Positions 26,936 to 38,176 are shown, numbered from the stretch's first letter. The stretch: 64,000 bases of DNA from an uncultured Bacteroidota bacterium (GCA_963739955.1 CAVUCX010000072.1:10455-74454); one strand, 5' to 3'. Translations and numbers: made by a program. The notes: generated from the sequence alone by a model not told the origin.

Positions 26936-29837
26936 ATGGGCCGTGTGAATTTTTTGTTAAATGCTGAAAATCGATTGTTTAAGATGGATTCCGGAAATAA
27001 AAAGTTTTTGTATTCGATACCCGTTTTTCCAATTATATTTTTATTGTTCATATTTTTATTAACTGTAAACATTTCATATTTCTTTTTTCATATCAAGACA
27101 AACCTTCCCGTTTTTTTTACTGTTTTCAACTTTTTATTTGTGCCTGCCTTTATATTACTTTTTATTAAATACGCAAAAAGCATTAGTCCCGCGAAGGCAG
27201 CGGATGTAAACAATCAAACCGAAACAAGATTTAAAGAACTGATCGAATCATTGAATTACCCGATAGTTCGAGTTAACCTTGAAGGTAATTTTGTTTTTGC
27301 GAATGAAACATATTGTAAAAAATTCGGCAAAAGTGAAAATGAGCTGCGGGGTACTCAGTTTCAGCCGCTGGTTCGTCCGGAAGATCTGCAATCATCACTA
27401 AAAAAAATTGAAAACCTAAAAGAGCCGCCGCACAGAATTATACTTGAACAACGGGCCGACACAGTAGACGGATGGAGATGGATTGAATGGGAAAGCGATG
27501 CTATTTTCGACAGAAACGGGAACTTTATCGAAATCCAGGCTATCGGACGAGATATAACGGAAAGGAAAGAATCAGAAGCAAAATTACATTTGCAGGAAAT
27601 GGCGATTCAGAGGACTATCAACGGTGTCGTCATTACAGATCCTACACAGCCGGATAATCCGGTTATATTCTGCAATCCGGCTTACGAAAAAATAACCGGA
27701 TATAAAGCTGAAGAAGTAATTGGGCGTAATCCGAGGTTTCTACAGGGAATCGGAACTGACCGTTTAACAGTTGAGAAAATGCGAAATGCGTTAAAAAAAG
27801 AGGAAGAATGTAATGTAACTATTTTGAATTATAGAAAAGACGGCACTCCTTTCTGGAATGAAATCCGGATAATTCCTATCCGAAGTAAAGGCGGTAAGCT
27901 TGTGAATTATCTGGCTATAAAAAGAGACATTACCGACAGAATGGACGATGAAAGAATAATAAAAGAAAGCGAAATTAAATTCAGAAGTATTGTCGAACAA
28001 TCAATTGACGGAATAATGCTTATTGACGAAGCTGGCGTTATTGTGGAATGGAATTATGCCCTGGAAAAAATCACCGGAATTTCAAAAAAAGATACAATCG
28101 GAAAATCAATTACCGAATCGGAATTCTGCAAAGCTCCGGAAAGCGAAAATCTCAAGGAAAGCAGTACCAGGTTAAAAAATGTAATTATCGAAATTATTGA
28201 GAAGAGAGGTACGAAAAATTTCAACAGTACAATTGATGATGAAATAATGTTGAAAAACGGTGAAATAAAATCGCTTCAAAGCATCGTATATCCTATTATA
28301 ACCGACAGAGGGATAATGATCGGAACAGTAATAAGGGATATAACGCAGAGAAAATCTATAGAAAAACAAAATATTATTTTAAATAGGGCAATTGAATCAT
28401 CTGCTTCCGGAGTCGTTCTTTTCGATCTGAATTTTTCTGTACAGTATGTCAACGCTTCAATTATTCAAATGATGAACGTGTCGGCAGATATTGAACTTAA
28501 AGGAAGAGTGATTTTTGATTTTATTTCCGACAATGATATTGAGGTCGTAAAAAATAAATATATTCCCCTATTACTGAAGAATGAAGAATGGTTTGGAGAA
28601 ATTGAACTAAAGAATCTCAACGGTGATTTGATAAATAGTGAGGTAAACTGTTCATTTGTAAAAAATAATGATAATTATCCTATCTACATTCTTGCTATTA
28701 TAAATGATATTACCGAAAGAAAGAAACATGAACTGGCAATTAAGGAAAGCGAACAAAGATACAGGCTGGTGGTAGATAATATAAAAGAAATAATTTTCAA
28801 AACTGATGCCGCGGGAAATCTGGGAATTCCTAAACCCGGCCTGGGAAGAAATAATGGGGTATTCGAGGGAAGAAAGCATCGGAAAGTTATTTCTTGATTA
28901 TGTGCATCCTGAAGACAGGGAAAAAAATAATAAAGAGTTTGAGAAACTGGTATGCCGCAGTAAAGACTATTGCCGCCATGTTATAAGATACATTACGAAA
29001 AGCGGCGGAATAAAATGGATAGAAGTGTTCGCCAGATTAATTCTTAACGAAAAAAGCGAAATAATCGGAACATCCGGATCTCTTTATGATATTACCGAGA
29101 AGTATATTGCCGAACAGGAAATTAAAGAAACACTTAAAAAAGAAAAAGAACTTGGCGAACTAAAGTCGCGCTTTGTTTCAACCGTATCTCACGAATTCAG
29201 AACCCCTCTTACTTCAATTTTGGCCTCAGCCGAATTGATTTTGAGATACAATGAAAAATGGAACAACGAAAAGAAATTAACTACTATTAAGAGAATTCAA
29301 AATTCCGCTTTATTTATGAATGAGATGGTTAGCGGTGTTCTGGACTTAAACAGAGCGGAGTCGGGAAGACTTGTTTATATGCCGGTAAAGCTGGAATTAA
29401 TTTCTTTCCTAAAGGATATTCTCGAAGAAGTAAGACCGCTTTTAAAAGAACAACACAGTTTAATTTTCGACACTGAAGAAGATAATATTACCGGTAATTT
29501 TGATGAAAAAATGCTTGAAATCGGTTGTTATAAATTTATTGAGCAACGCGATAAAATATTCTCCCAATGGAGGAAAAGTGGAATTGAAAGTAGGAAGAAA
29601 TAACGGTTCTGTGGATATAAGCGTAAGCGACAGCGGCATGGGAATACCTGATAGAGGATCAAAATAATCTGTTTCTGCCGTTTTTCAGGGCAAACAATAT
29701 CGGTAATATTTCCGGAACAGGACTGGGGCTTTCAATTGTCAAAGAAGAGTATAGATTTACAAAATGGCCGGATAAATTTTACCAGTGAAAGTGGCAAAGG
29801 AACAACTTTTTATGTAACCCTGCCGTTGAATAATTAA
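26936..29837 (+). pseudogene. Membrane multi-PAS histidine kinase interrupted by at least 4 single-nt insertions (ORF-track fragments 26936-28897 and 28806-29603, plus untracked tail pieces)
   Basis: The protein reads continuously only if the frame moves +1 at about 28814-28821, 29523, 29653 and 29750. Restored text: ..KTDAAG(N/I)WEFLNPAWEEIMGYS.., ..KMLEIVVINLLSNAIKYSPNGGKVELKV..SDSGMGIPD-EDQNNLFLPFFRANNIGNISGTGLGLSIVKEE-IDLQNGRINFTSESGKGTTFYVTLPLNN*. H-box: SHEFRTPLTSI. Confidence 0.8.
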
Positions 29838-29844
29838 TATATAT

Positions 29845-30624
29845 GTGGTTATGAGAAAAATAGTTTTGATTGAAGACGATAATAATATACAAGAGAGCAT
29901 TAACGATCTGCTAAGCAGCGAAGGTTTTGAGGTATCTATTGCCGATAACGGAACCGACGGTGTTAAACTAATCGAAAAAGTTATGCCTGATTTAATCATT
30001 TCAGATATAATTATGCCGGGGAAGACAGGTTACGATGTAATCAACGAACTAAGTAATAAACCTGAAACCGCTGTGATACCTTTTATATTTCTTTCGGCAA
30101 GAGTTGAAAAAGGCGATGTCAGACTCGGTATGGAACTAGGCGCCGATGATTATTTGACAAAGCCGTTCAGACTTGACGAACTGCTTAGAGCCGTTGAATC
30201 AAGATTAAAGAAAAAACAAATAATACTGGCGGCGGGAAACAACAGCGAACAGAAGCAGGAATCCGGAAAAAACGACAAACTAAAAAACGATGAGTACGTT
30301 TATGTTACAGTAAACAATAAGCCGAAATTTCTAAAAATAAAAGATATTAAATGTATAATTGCAGAAGCCGAATACTCAACGGTCTATACGGCTAATCAGG
30401 AAAAACTGCTTGTAAGAAAATTATTGAAAGTTTGGGAAAAAATTCTTCCCGACAATTCCTTCCTTAGAATCCACAGATCTACAATAATCAATCTCGATTA
30501 CATAGTTAAAACAGATAAATGGTTCAACAATTCAATGGTTGTTTATCTTAAAAATATCGACGAACAATTTGTAATAAGCCGGCGCTATGCTTCGGCTATT
30601 AAGCACAGGCTTAATTACGGCTGA
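29845..30624 (+). CDS. LytTR-family response regulator (REC + LytTR DNA-binding domain)
   Basis: REC: IVLIEDD..LIISDIIMP..FIFLSAR..DDYLTKPF. LytTR: IKCIIAEAEYSTVYTANQEKLLVRK..FLRIHRSTIINLDYI. The likely start is the ATG at 29851. Confidence 0.85.
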   Translation: MVMRKIVLIEDDNNIQESINDLLSSEGFEVSIADNGTDGVKLIEKVMPDLIISDIIMPGKTGYDVINELSNKPETAVIPFIFLSARVEKGDVRLGMELGADDYLTKPFRLDELLRAVESRLKKKQIILAAGNNSEQKQESGKNDKLKNDEYVYVTVNNKPKFLKIKDIKCIIAEAEYSTVYTANQEKLLVRKLLKVWEKILPDNSFLRIHRSTIINLDYIVKTDKWFNNSMVVYLKNIDEQFVISRRYASAIKHRLNYG

Positions 30625-30638
30625 TTCGCCGCAGGTAT

Positions 30639-30661
30639 ATTGTTAATTATATCCGCTTATT
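30639..30661 (+). promoter_or_regulatory. ATTGTTAAT-N6-CGCTTATT element (same 23-nt pattern as 40136-40158)
   Basis: It lies between the LytTR regulator stop and the REC-kinase start. It contains CCGCTTA at 30653-30659 and a degenerate upstream copy (CGCAGGTAT) about 21 nt away. Confidence 0.45.
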
Positions 30662-30764
30662 TTTTTTACTGACCTTTTATTACATCCTAATACCTCTTAT
30701 TGCATATCCGGGCCGTTTGAGCTCCGAATCTGACTATTTTTGGTCAAATAAATTTGGAGAAAAA

Positions 30765-31841
30765 ATGGAAAAGATTTTAGTAATTGAAGATGATTATGAT
30801 TTAAGATCCGGTTTAATCGATCTTTTAACCGAAGAAGAATATGAAGTAATAAGCGCTGAAAACGGCCTTCAAGGCGTGGAATTTGCGAGACGATTTCTTC
30901 CCGATTTGATCATATCTGATATACTTATGCCCGAGCTTGACGGATTCGGAGTTTTCAAAGAACTGCAAAAGGAAACGACTACATCCGGCATACCTTTTAT
31001 ATTTTTGTCCGCAAGAGCGGATAATACCGATATCCGGTACGGAATGAATTTGGGAGCCGATGATTACCTTACAAAGCCTTACAAAGCGGATGACCTTATT
31101 AACGCGGTAAGATCAAGACTGTCAAGAAAAACGTATTTAGAAAACAAGCTTGAACAGCTTCAATTAAATATCGCGAGATCACTTCCTCATGAAATGCGGA
31201 CCCCTCTCGTCTCCGTTATAGGATTTTCACAATTGATACTCGATAATAAAAAAGATCTGAAACTCGAAGAGATTATCGATATGGTCGGGCGCATCAGAAA
31301 TTCGGGAGGCAATCTGCTTAGCATCATTGAGAAATTTCTTCTTTTCAATGAACTGGAATTGATTAATAACGATAAATCACAATTGAAAAAATATCCGGGG
31401 AATAATATTATCCCGTCGAAAGAAGCTATATACTCCTTTGTTAGATCGATTGTCGCGGAAAACGATAGAAGTGAGGATATTATAATGACGCTGTGCGAGG
31501 CGGAAATTAATATTCCCTACGAACATTTAAAATTTATCGTTGAAGAACTCGTGAAAAATGCCTGTATATATTCAAAAGCAGGCTCATCTATTAAAATTAC
31601 TACAAACAGGGATGATGAGAATTTTGTTCTCGAGATAGCCGACTCCGGTATCGGTATGACCTCCGAACAAATTAAAGCGATAGGAATATTAAAACAGTTT
31701 GAAAGAGAAAAATATTTTCAAAGCGGTCTCGGACTAAGCCTGGGTGTAATTCAGAGATTGCTGAAATTATATAAAGGCTCAATGGAAATTGAAAGTGAAA
31801 AAGAAAAGTTCACAAAAATTAAAATTAAAATAGCACTCTAA
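30765..31841 (+). CDS. REC-HisKA-HATPase hybrid kinase (copy 1)
   Basis: I prefer the ATG at 30765 (GGAGA upstream; MEKILVIEDD) over the TTG at 30717 used in the ORF track. REC: LIISDILMP..FIFLSARAD..DDYLTKPY. H-box LPHEMRTPLVSVIGF. HATPase: DSGIGMTSEQ..QFEREKYFQSGLGLSLG. Confidence 0.85.
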   Translation: MEKILVIEDDYDLRSGLIDLLTEEEYEVISAENGLQGVEFARRFLPDLIISDILMPELDGFGVFKELQKETTTSGIPFIFLSARADNTDIRYGMNLGADDYLTKPYKADDLINAVRSRLSRKTYLENKLEQLQLNIARSLPHEMRTPLVSVIGFSQLILDNKKDLKLEEIIDMVGRIRNSGGNLLSIIEKFLLFNELELINNDKSQLKKYPGNNIIPSKEAIYSFVRSIVAENDRSEDIIMTLCEAEINIPYEHLKFIVEELVKNACIYSKAGSSIKITTNRDDENFVLEIADSGIGMTSEQIKAIGILKQFEREKYFQSGLGLSLGVIQRLLKLYKGSMEIESEKEKFTKIKIKIAL

Positions 31842-31868
31842 TTAATAACTTAATTATTTGGAAAGAAT

Positions 31869-32540
31869 ATGAAAACATTAATGAATATGAAAATCAGAAC
31901 AAAACTTATGCTGAGTTTTACGGTTCTTGTGGCAATCACATTGATAATAGGATATCTAAGTATTTCGAATTTAAAATTGTTCAGCCAAAAAGAAAAGGCA
32001 TTATACGAAGGTAATCTTGTCCCCATAACTCAATTAACCGGTATGACCAACTACTTCCAGAGAATACGCGTTAATATAGGTGATATAATCTTATCTAATT
32101 CGGACGAAGATATAAAACAAAACAAAATTACGGTGAGCGGTTATGACGCAAAAATACAAAAATTAATAGCCGATTTTGAACCTTCGGTTTCATCCGATTC
32201 CGAAAAAGTTGCTTTTAATAATTTTAAAAGAGACTATCAGAATTATTTAAGCAACAGCGATAAGGTATCGGAGCTTGTAACCTCAGGTCAAAAAGAAAAA
32301 GCGCAGCTATTGCTTAATAACGAATTAAACCCGACGGCAAAATCCGCGCAAAACCAATTGTCTACTTTAGTAAGAATAAATAACAATGAAGGAATAGGTG
32401 AATACCGGACTGATTCTTCCGAAGCGAATACGATAATCTGGACTTTATCAGGATTTTTATTAGCCGGAATAGTAATATCGTTTTTCTTAGCGGTTTATAT
32501 TTCACGTTCCATTTCTTCAGGGAATAAATCAAATATTTGA
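31869..32540 (+). CDS. Methyl-accepting chemotaxis protein, fragment 1 (TM1, periplasmic four-helix-type sensor, TM2)
   Basis: [29 protein letters not shown] is a typical MCP N-terminus. The second TM is [23 protein letters not shown]. Reading stops just after a GGG run at 32520-32522. Confidence 0.85.
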   Translation: MKTLMNMKIRTKLMLSFTVLVAITLIIGYLSISNLKLFSQKEKALYEGNLVPITQLTGMTNYFQRIRVNIGDIILSNSDEDIKQNKITVSGYDAKIQKLIADFEPSVSSDSEKVAFNNFKRDYQNYLSNSDKVSELVTSGQKEKAQLLLNNELNPTAKSAQNQLSTLVRINNNEGIGEYRTDSSEANTIIWTLSGFLLAGIVISFFLAVYISRSISSGNKSNI

Positions 32541-32568
32541 CCGTATTGAAAGTCTCCGGAATATCTGC

Positions 32569-33936
32569 GTGCTCAATCTTAAAAACGGCTCGGAGAAAAT
32601 GGCACAAGGCGATTTGAATGTAAAAATTGAAACGGGAACCAAGCCGCTTAATATAACTACAAAAGATGAAATAGGGCTTCTTGCCGGCAGTGTGAACAGT
32701 ATAATTCAAATGGTACAGGAGACGGTTGTATCTGTTGAAAAAGCGATAGGCAAAGTGGCTGGATTAATCATCGAAACGAATCAGCTTGTAGACGCCAGCT
32801 TAAAAGGTGAGCTTAATACGCGCGGTAATGTAAATCAATTTGAAGGCGGTTACAGAAAAGTTATTGAAGGATTGAATAATACGCTGAACGCGATAAGCAT
32901 GCCTTTTAATGAGGCTAACATTGTTCTTGGAAAAATGGCGGCGGGAAATTTAAAAGTAAGGATGTCTGGTAATTATAGCGGTGAATATAAATCATTGAAA
33001 GACAGTGTCAACGAAACAGCGCAATCTTTATGTGATATTCTTGCTGACGTAACTTCTTCGATAGAAGCAACCGCAAGCGCCGCGACACAAATATCATCAA
33101 GTGCCGAAGAAATAGCTGCCGGATCGCAGGAACAATCCTCGCAGACAACAGAGATCGCATCCGCTGTTGAACAGATGACAAAAACGATTATGGAGACCTC
33201 GCTTAATTCTCATACTGCTTCAGATGCCGCGAAAGAAGCGGGAACAATTGCAAAAGACGGGGGCACGGCTGTTTTCGATACTATTAAAGGCATGGAAAAA
33301 ATTGATGAAATAGTGGCAAGCGCTTCCGTAAAAGTATTAAAGCTCGGCGAGAGCAGTAAGCAAATCGGTGAGATAATACAGGTTATTGACGATATCGCGG
33401 ATCAGACAAATCTTCTTGCGTTGAATGCGGCCATTGAAGCTGCTAGAGCAGGCGAACAAGGAAGAGGGTTTGCGGTTGTTGCCGATGAAGTTAGAAAACT
33501 TGCCGAAAGAACTACGAAGGCTACAAAAGAAATTGCTCAGATGATTAAACAAATTCAAAATGATACCAGGGACGCGGTTAGTTCAATAAGTCTGGGAACC
33601 GAAGAAGTCGCTAAGGGAAAGACTTTAACGGAAAAGGCGGGAAGTTCATTGCAGGAAATTATATCTGGCTCCGTGAAAGTTGTGGATATAATTTCACAGG
33701 TCGCCGTCGCAAGCGAAGAACAATCATCGGCGGCGGAACAAATAAGTAAAAATATTGAAGGGATAACCGCTGTTACTCATCAATCCGCCTCCGGAATACA
33801 GCAGATTGCGCGGGCTACAGAAGATTTGAACAGACTGACTCTGAACCTTCAAGAATTAATTTCAAAATTTGAAATTGAAAAAGCCGGTAACCTCATCTCT
33901 TCAAAAAAAATCAATAAGCTGGAAATTTATAATTAA
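32569..33936 (+). CDS. Same MCP, fragment 2 (HAMP-like region + signalling domain)
   Basis: The frame is open back to 32491. With one G removed the protein reads ..[45 protein letters not shown]. Canonical tip: [37 protein letters not shown]. Confidence 0.9.
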   Translation: MLNLKNGSEKMAQGDLNVKIETGTKPLNITTKDEIGLLAGSVNSIIQMVQETVVSVEKAIGKVAGLIIETNQLVDASLKGELNTRGNVNQFEGGYRKVIEGLNNTLNAISMPFNEANIVLGKMAAGNLKVRMSGNYSGEYKSLKDSVNETAQSLCDILADVTSSIEATASAATQISSSAEEIAAGSQEQSSQTTEIASAVEQMTKTIMETSLNSHTASDAAKEAGTIAKDGGTAVFDTIKGMEKIDEIVASASVKVLKLGESSKQIGEIIQVIDDIADQTNLLALNAAIEAARAGEQGRGFAVVADEVRKLAERTTKATKEIAQMIKQIQNDTRDAVSSISLGTEEVAKGKTLTEKAGSSLQEIISGSVKVVDIISQVAVASEEQSSAAEQISKNIEGITAVTHQSASGIQQIARATEDLNRLTLNLQELISKFEIEKAGNLISSKKINKLEIYN

Positions 33937-33947
33937 GGACTTTAACA

Positions 33948-34430
33948 ATGAATGAGATAATAAATAATTCAAAAGATAATTCTCAGATTCAAGTTGTTAG
34001 CTTTTTACTTGATAATGAAGAGTTCGGTATTGACATAATGAAAGTGCGCGAGATAAATAAACTGTCGCAGATTACAAAAATGCCTAAAGCTCCGGATTTC
34101 GTGGAAGGTATAGTTAACCTGAGGGGAGTAATTGTTCCTCTGATTGAATTAAGAACCAAACTCGGGCTTATTAAAAGAGAATATGATAAGGACACGAGAA
34201 TTATAATTGTTGAAAACGGCGGAAGCAGTATCGGATTTATAGTTGATTCCGTCAGTAAGGTTCTCCGCATTGACCAGAAACGCAGCGAAGCTCCGCCGAA
34301 ACTTACTTCCGCTATTAACAACGATTTTATCAGTTCAATTGTAAAACTGGAAAATAAGCTTTTAATATTGCTCGAGTTAGGCAGCCTTCTGTCGGGGAAT
34401 GAGAAAGCACAGTTGAAAAAGATAAACTAA
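33948..34430 (+). CDS. cheW: Chemotaxis coupling protein CheW (copy 2)
   Basis: 160 aa: VVSFLLDNEEFGIDIMKVREI..MPKAPDFVEGIVNLRGVIVPLIELR..IGFIVDSV. It starts 11 nt after the MCP stop. Confidence 0.9.
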   Translation: MNEIINNSKDNSQIQVVSFLLDNEEFGIDIMKVREINKLSQITKMPKAPDFVEGIVNLRGVIVPLIELRTKLGLIKREYDKDTRIIIVENGGSSIGFIVDSVSKVLRIDQKRSEAPPKLTSAINNDFISSIVKLENKLLILLELGSLLSGNEKAQLKKIN

Positions 34431-34460
34431 ATTGAAAGGGGGTATAAATACGCCGGAAAT

Positions 34461-34566
34461 GGGACTGATTAAAAGTAATGATTTTAAAAATGATGGTACA
34501 CAGACGACGCAGATTCAGTGGATTTTCGCGGATTTTAAAATTGAAAATTACTTTTTAGTCAGTCCC
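34461..34566. repeat. 106-nt element bounded by imperfect inverted repeats (GGGACTGATTAAAAGTAAT ... ATTACTTTTTAGTCAGTCCC)
   Basis: The terminal arms can pair over about 17 of 19 positions. Inside are two copies of GATTTTAAAA(A/T)TGA (34480-34493 and 34531-34544) and a GGATTTT-CGC-GGATTTT tandem. Confidence 0.45.
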
Positions 34567-34675
34567 TATCTTTAATATTACCAAATAATTTTCGATAATT
34601 AATCGAATTATGTCCGAACAGATATGGGGGCGTATTTTACGCAAGAAAAAGGTTTGAAATAAATTAAAATATCCG

Positions 34676-35659
34676 ATGTATTTTTTCCCCTTTACCGATA
34701 TATTAACAATCTTTATAGCCGCTTCTGCGGGAAGTTATATCCTTGCAAAAAATTCTTCCAGCAGGTTAAATCAAGTTTATTTTTTAATAAATCTCTTTAT
34801 CGCATACACGGCTTTCTGTGAGTTTTTTTATGTCGCTTCACCTTCATTTCATTTGGCTAATATCTGGCAGAAAATTTCATTCGTCTGGCCCTTCTTACCC
34901 TTTCTGTACTTAAAATTTATTATGGTGCTGGCAGGCGATAAATTAAATAAAAATAAAACCGTCAATCTTTCCCTTTTTATCCCCGCAATTTTTATTTCGG
35001 CTCTTCATATATTAACCGGCTTATTGTACCGGGGCGCGGTTTATACAGATTACGGATGGGAATTTATTCCTGCTCAAAATATATTTTCGGCGGCAATAAT
35101 AATATATTTCTTGATCTGTCAGATTCTCGCGCTTATAATTCTTTTTAAATACTATTCGGCTCAAAAGAACAGAGCTGAGAAAATTCAAGCTTTATGGATA
35201 TTCGCTGGTTTTCTGTTATCCTTATTAAGCGCCTTTATATCAAAAGCTGTTCTTCCGGCATTAGGATATAAGACACCTCCTATAAATTCTCTATCTTTTG
35301 TAATAGGTACAGTATTCATTGCAATAGGAATTTTAAAATACAGATTCAGATTTGAAAATGATGAAAAAAAGAGAATAGAACAGGCGTTAAAAGAATCAGA
35401 GATGAATTTTAGACATTTATTTGAAAATTCACCAATCGGAATATACCGGACAACTCCAACCGGACAAATTCTTTTAGCAAACCCCGCCGTAGTGAATATG
35501 CTGAAATATAAAGATTTTAACGAACTGGAAAAGCGGAATCTTGAACAGGAAGGCTATCAGGAACATGAATATGCCAGAGAGGAGTTTAAAAAGAAATTGA
35601 AAGTAAGGGAGAAATATCCGGTTTCGAAAGCAAATGGTTTACACAGGACGGGCAGATAA
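34676..35659 (+). CDS. Membrane (about 6-7 TM) multi-PAS histidine kinase, fragment 1
   Basis: The hydrophobic N-terminal 220 aa contain several TM helices. The first PAS starts at ..EMNFRHLFENSPIGIYRTTPTGQILLANPA. The frame is lost at the G-run 35607-35609. Confidence 0.8.
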   Translation: MYFFPFTDILTIFIAASAGSYILAKNSSSRLNQVYFLINLFIAYTAFCEFFYVASPSFHLANIWQKISFVWPFLPFLYLKFIMVLAGDKLNKNKTVNLSLFIPAIFISALHILTGLLYRGAVYTDYGWEFIPAQNIFSAAIIIYFLICQILALIILFKYYSAQKNRAEKIQALWIFAGFLLSLLSAFISKAVLPALGYKTPPINSLSFVIGTVFIAIGILKYRFRFENDEKKRIEQALKESEMNFRHLFENSPIGIYRTTPTGQILLANPAVVNMLKYKDFNELEKRNLEQEGYQEHEYAREEFKKKLKVREKYPVSKANGLHRTGR

Positions 35660-35901
35660 TTTTCGTCAGAGAAAACGCGAAATGTATTTATGATGAAGAA
35701 GGCGGAGTTAAATATTATGAAGGTACAGTTGAGGACATAACGGAAAAAATTCAAGCCGTTTCGGCATTAAAAGAATCCGAAGAAAAATTCAGAAGCCTGG
35801 CCGAACAATTACCCAATGTAATATGTATTTATCAGGATAACAGAATAATTTATATAAATAATAAATGTTCTGACCTAACCGGTTATGATAAAGATTTTTT
35901 C

Positions 35902-38082
35902 ATGAAAGATTCTTTTAAATGGAAAGATATTATATACCTGAATCAAAATACAAATACGGGAATAACTGAAGATAACGGCTTTTATGCGGCAAAAGAATAT
36001 ACACTTGTTCATAAAAGCGGCATACACATAGAAGTATTTATTACAAGCAACGATATAGTTTATCAGGCGAAAAAGACAAAACTTGTTATGATAACGGATA
36101 TTTCCGAGAGAGTTAAAATTGAAAAAGCCCTAAAAGAAAACGAAGAAAATTACCGCAACCTTATCGAGAATATAAACGAGGTTTATTATATAACCGACGC
36201 AAAAGGTCTAACCAAATATACAAGTCCTAACATCATTACTTTTACCGGCTATCCGGCCGAATTCTTTATCGGTAAATCGTCGTATATTCTTATTTTTCGA
36301 AAAGATTTTAAAAAGGTTTATAACTTCTATAAAGAAAAAATCGAAAGCGGAGCCCTCGATGTCACTGCTGAATTCCGGGCCGTAAAGAAGGACGGTACAG
36401 TTTACTGGGTAGAACAGATTACAAGAATAGAACGCGATGAAAACGGCAAGGCTGTTCAATTCCGCAGTGTGGCTAGAGATATTTCCGAGCGTAAAGCCGC
36501 TGAAGAGAAAGCACAGTTACTTGCCCAGGCAGTAAAAAGCGCAGGCGAAGGAATAAGTGTAACCGATCTTGAAAATAATATTATTTACATTAACGATGCT
36601 TTCTTAAAGATATATGGTTACAGCAAAGAAGAGCTGATAGGACATAACATCGAAATAATCCGTTCACCCAATAATGAAGATCCGGTTTTGGAAGAAGTTC
36701 ATAATAAAACCTTACTGAACGGCTGGTCCGGAGAACTGATTAACAGAAAAAAAGACGAAACCGATTTCCCGGTTTATTTAACAACTTCAACGGTATATAA
36801 TGAGGAAAATGAACCTTACGCGCTAGTCGGAGTAACAAGAGATATTACGGAACGCAAGCTTGTTGAACTGGAACTTGAGGAATACAGAGATCATCTTGAA
36901 TACATTGTTGCAGAACGTACCGAGAAACTTAACAAAGTGAACAGGAGGTTAACAGAAGAAATAAGAAAACAAAAAATAGCTGAAGATAATCTGCAAGATC
37001 AGTTAACATTTCTTCAGATACTAATAGACACAATCCCGAGTCCGGTATTTATCAGGAATTCTAAAAGACAATTTACCGGGTGCAATAAAGCTTACGCCGA
37101 ATTTCACGGTTTGGAACGAAGGGATATTATCGGCCGATATGTAGGTAATATAATTCCGGAGGAAGTAATAAATGATGTTATTTTAAAGGATGATTTACTT
37201 CTTCAAACAGGCGGTCAGCAAAAATACGAAATCAAAGCCGTAGATGGATTCGGCAATATACACGACACTATTATTTATAAAGCGACATTCAATAAGTCCG
37301 ACGGTTCCCTCGGAGGAATAGTAGGCATAATGCTTGACATTACGGAAATCAGAAAACTGGAGCGGGAGATTTTGAACTCGCTGGAAAAAGAAAAAGAACT
37401 GAGCGAACTTAAATCGAGATTCATTTCCGTAACATCGCATGAATTCAGGACTCCGCTCACTTCAATACTTGCGTCGGCAGACTTATTGGAACTATACGGA
37501 AGGCAATGGCCTGAGTCGAAATATTTTGAATATATAAAAAATATTCAGAACGCGGTCGAATACTTAACCGAACTTTTATCGGATGTATTAACAATCAGCC
37601 GGTCGGAAACGGGAAAATTAAAATTCAATCCCATGAATATAGATTTATATGAGCTGATTACTAATATTATCGATACTCTGAAATTATCCACGCCGGATAA
37701 TATTAAAATACTTTATAATTATAATATGGATGAAAAAATATTTTACCTGGATAATAAATTAATTACCCAGATTTTAACTAATTTATTAACCAATGCCGTA
37801 AAGTACTCGCCTAACGGAGGAAATGTCATATTAAATGTGGATAAATGTGAAACATATATCTCTCTAACAGTAACAGACGACGGAATAGGTATATCCGATG
37901 AGGATCAAAAGAGGTTGTTTGAGCCATTCCATAGAGGTGAAAACGTAGGCAAAATTTCCGGAACCGGGCTTGGATTATCGATAGCAAAAAAATCCGCAGA
38001 AATGCATAACGGCAGACTTTCAATTGAGAGTAAATTAAACGTAGGAACTAAAATAACCGTTTTATTGAACTGCAATAGTTAA
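35902..38082 (+). CDS. Same kinase, fragment 2 (PAS x4, HisKA, HATPase)
   Basis: This frame is open from 35590 and reads ..GEISGFESKWFTQDGQIIFVRENAKCIYDEEGGVKYYEGTVEDITEKIQ.. before the tracked ATG. This is the missing end of the first PAS. H-box SHEFRTPLTSILASADLL. HATPase: DDGIGISDED..GTGLGLSIAKK. Confidence 0.85.
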   Translation: MKDSFKWKDIIYLNQNTNTGITEDNGFYAAKEYTLVHKSGIHIEVFITSNDIVYQAKKTKLVMITDISERVKIEKALKENEENYRNLIENINEVYYITDAKGLTKYTSPNIITFTGYPAEFFIGKSSYILIFRKDFKKVYNFYKEKIESGALDVTAEFRAVKKDGTVYWVEQITRIERDENGKAVQFRSVARDISERKAAEEKAQLLAQAVKSAGEGISVTDLENNIIYINDAFLKIYGYSKEELIGHNIEIIRSPNNEDPVLEEVHNKTLLNGWSGELINRKKDETDFPVYLTTSTVYNEENEPYALVGVTRDITERKLVELELEEYRDHLEYIVAERTEKLNKVNRRLTEEIRKQKIAEDNLQDQLTFLQILIDTIPSPVFIRNSKRQFTGCNKAYAEFHGLERRDIIGRYVGNIIPEEVINDVILKDDLLLQTGGQQKYEIKAVDGFGNIHDTIIYKATFNKSDGSLGGIVGIMLDITEIRKLEREILNSLEKEKELSELKSRFISVTSHEFRTPLTSILASADLLELYGRQWPESKYFEYIKNIQNAVEYLTELLSDVLTISRSETGKLKFNPMNIDLYELITNIIDTLKLSTPDNIKILYNYNMDEKIFYLDNKLITQILTNLLTNAVKYSPNGGNVILNVDKCETYISLTVTDDGIGISDEDQKRLFEPFHRGENVGKISGTGLGLSIAKKSAEMHNGRLSIESKLNVGTKITVLLNCNS

Positions 38083-38134
38083 TAATTTACTCAAGTTGAT
38101 CGCTTAAATGATTTTTGTGAGAAAAAGTGCTTCT

Positions 38135-38176
38135 TTTATCCTTTACCCGCGACTTAAGTCGCGGGTAAAGGATAAA
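38135..38176. repeat. 42-bp perfect palindrome (possible bidirectional terminator or REP-like element)
   Basis: TTTATCCTTTACCCGCGACT-TA-AGTCGCGGGTAAAGGATAAA. It lies 52 nt after the kinase stop. The core is GC-rich in AT-rich surroundings, and no clean T-run follows it. Confidence 0.55.
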
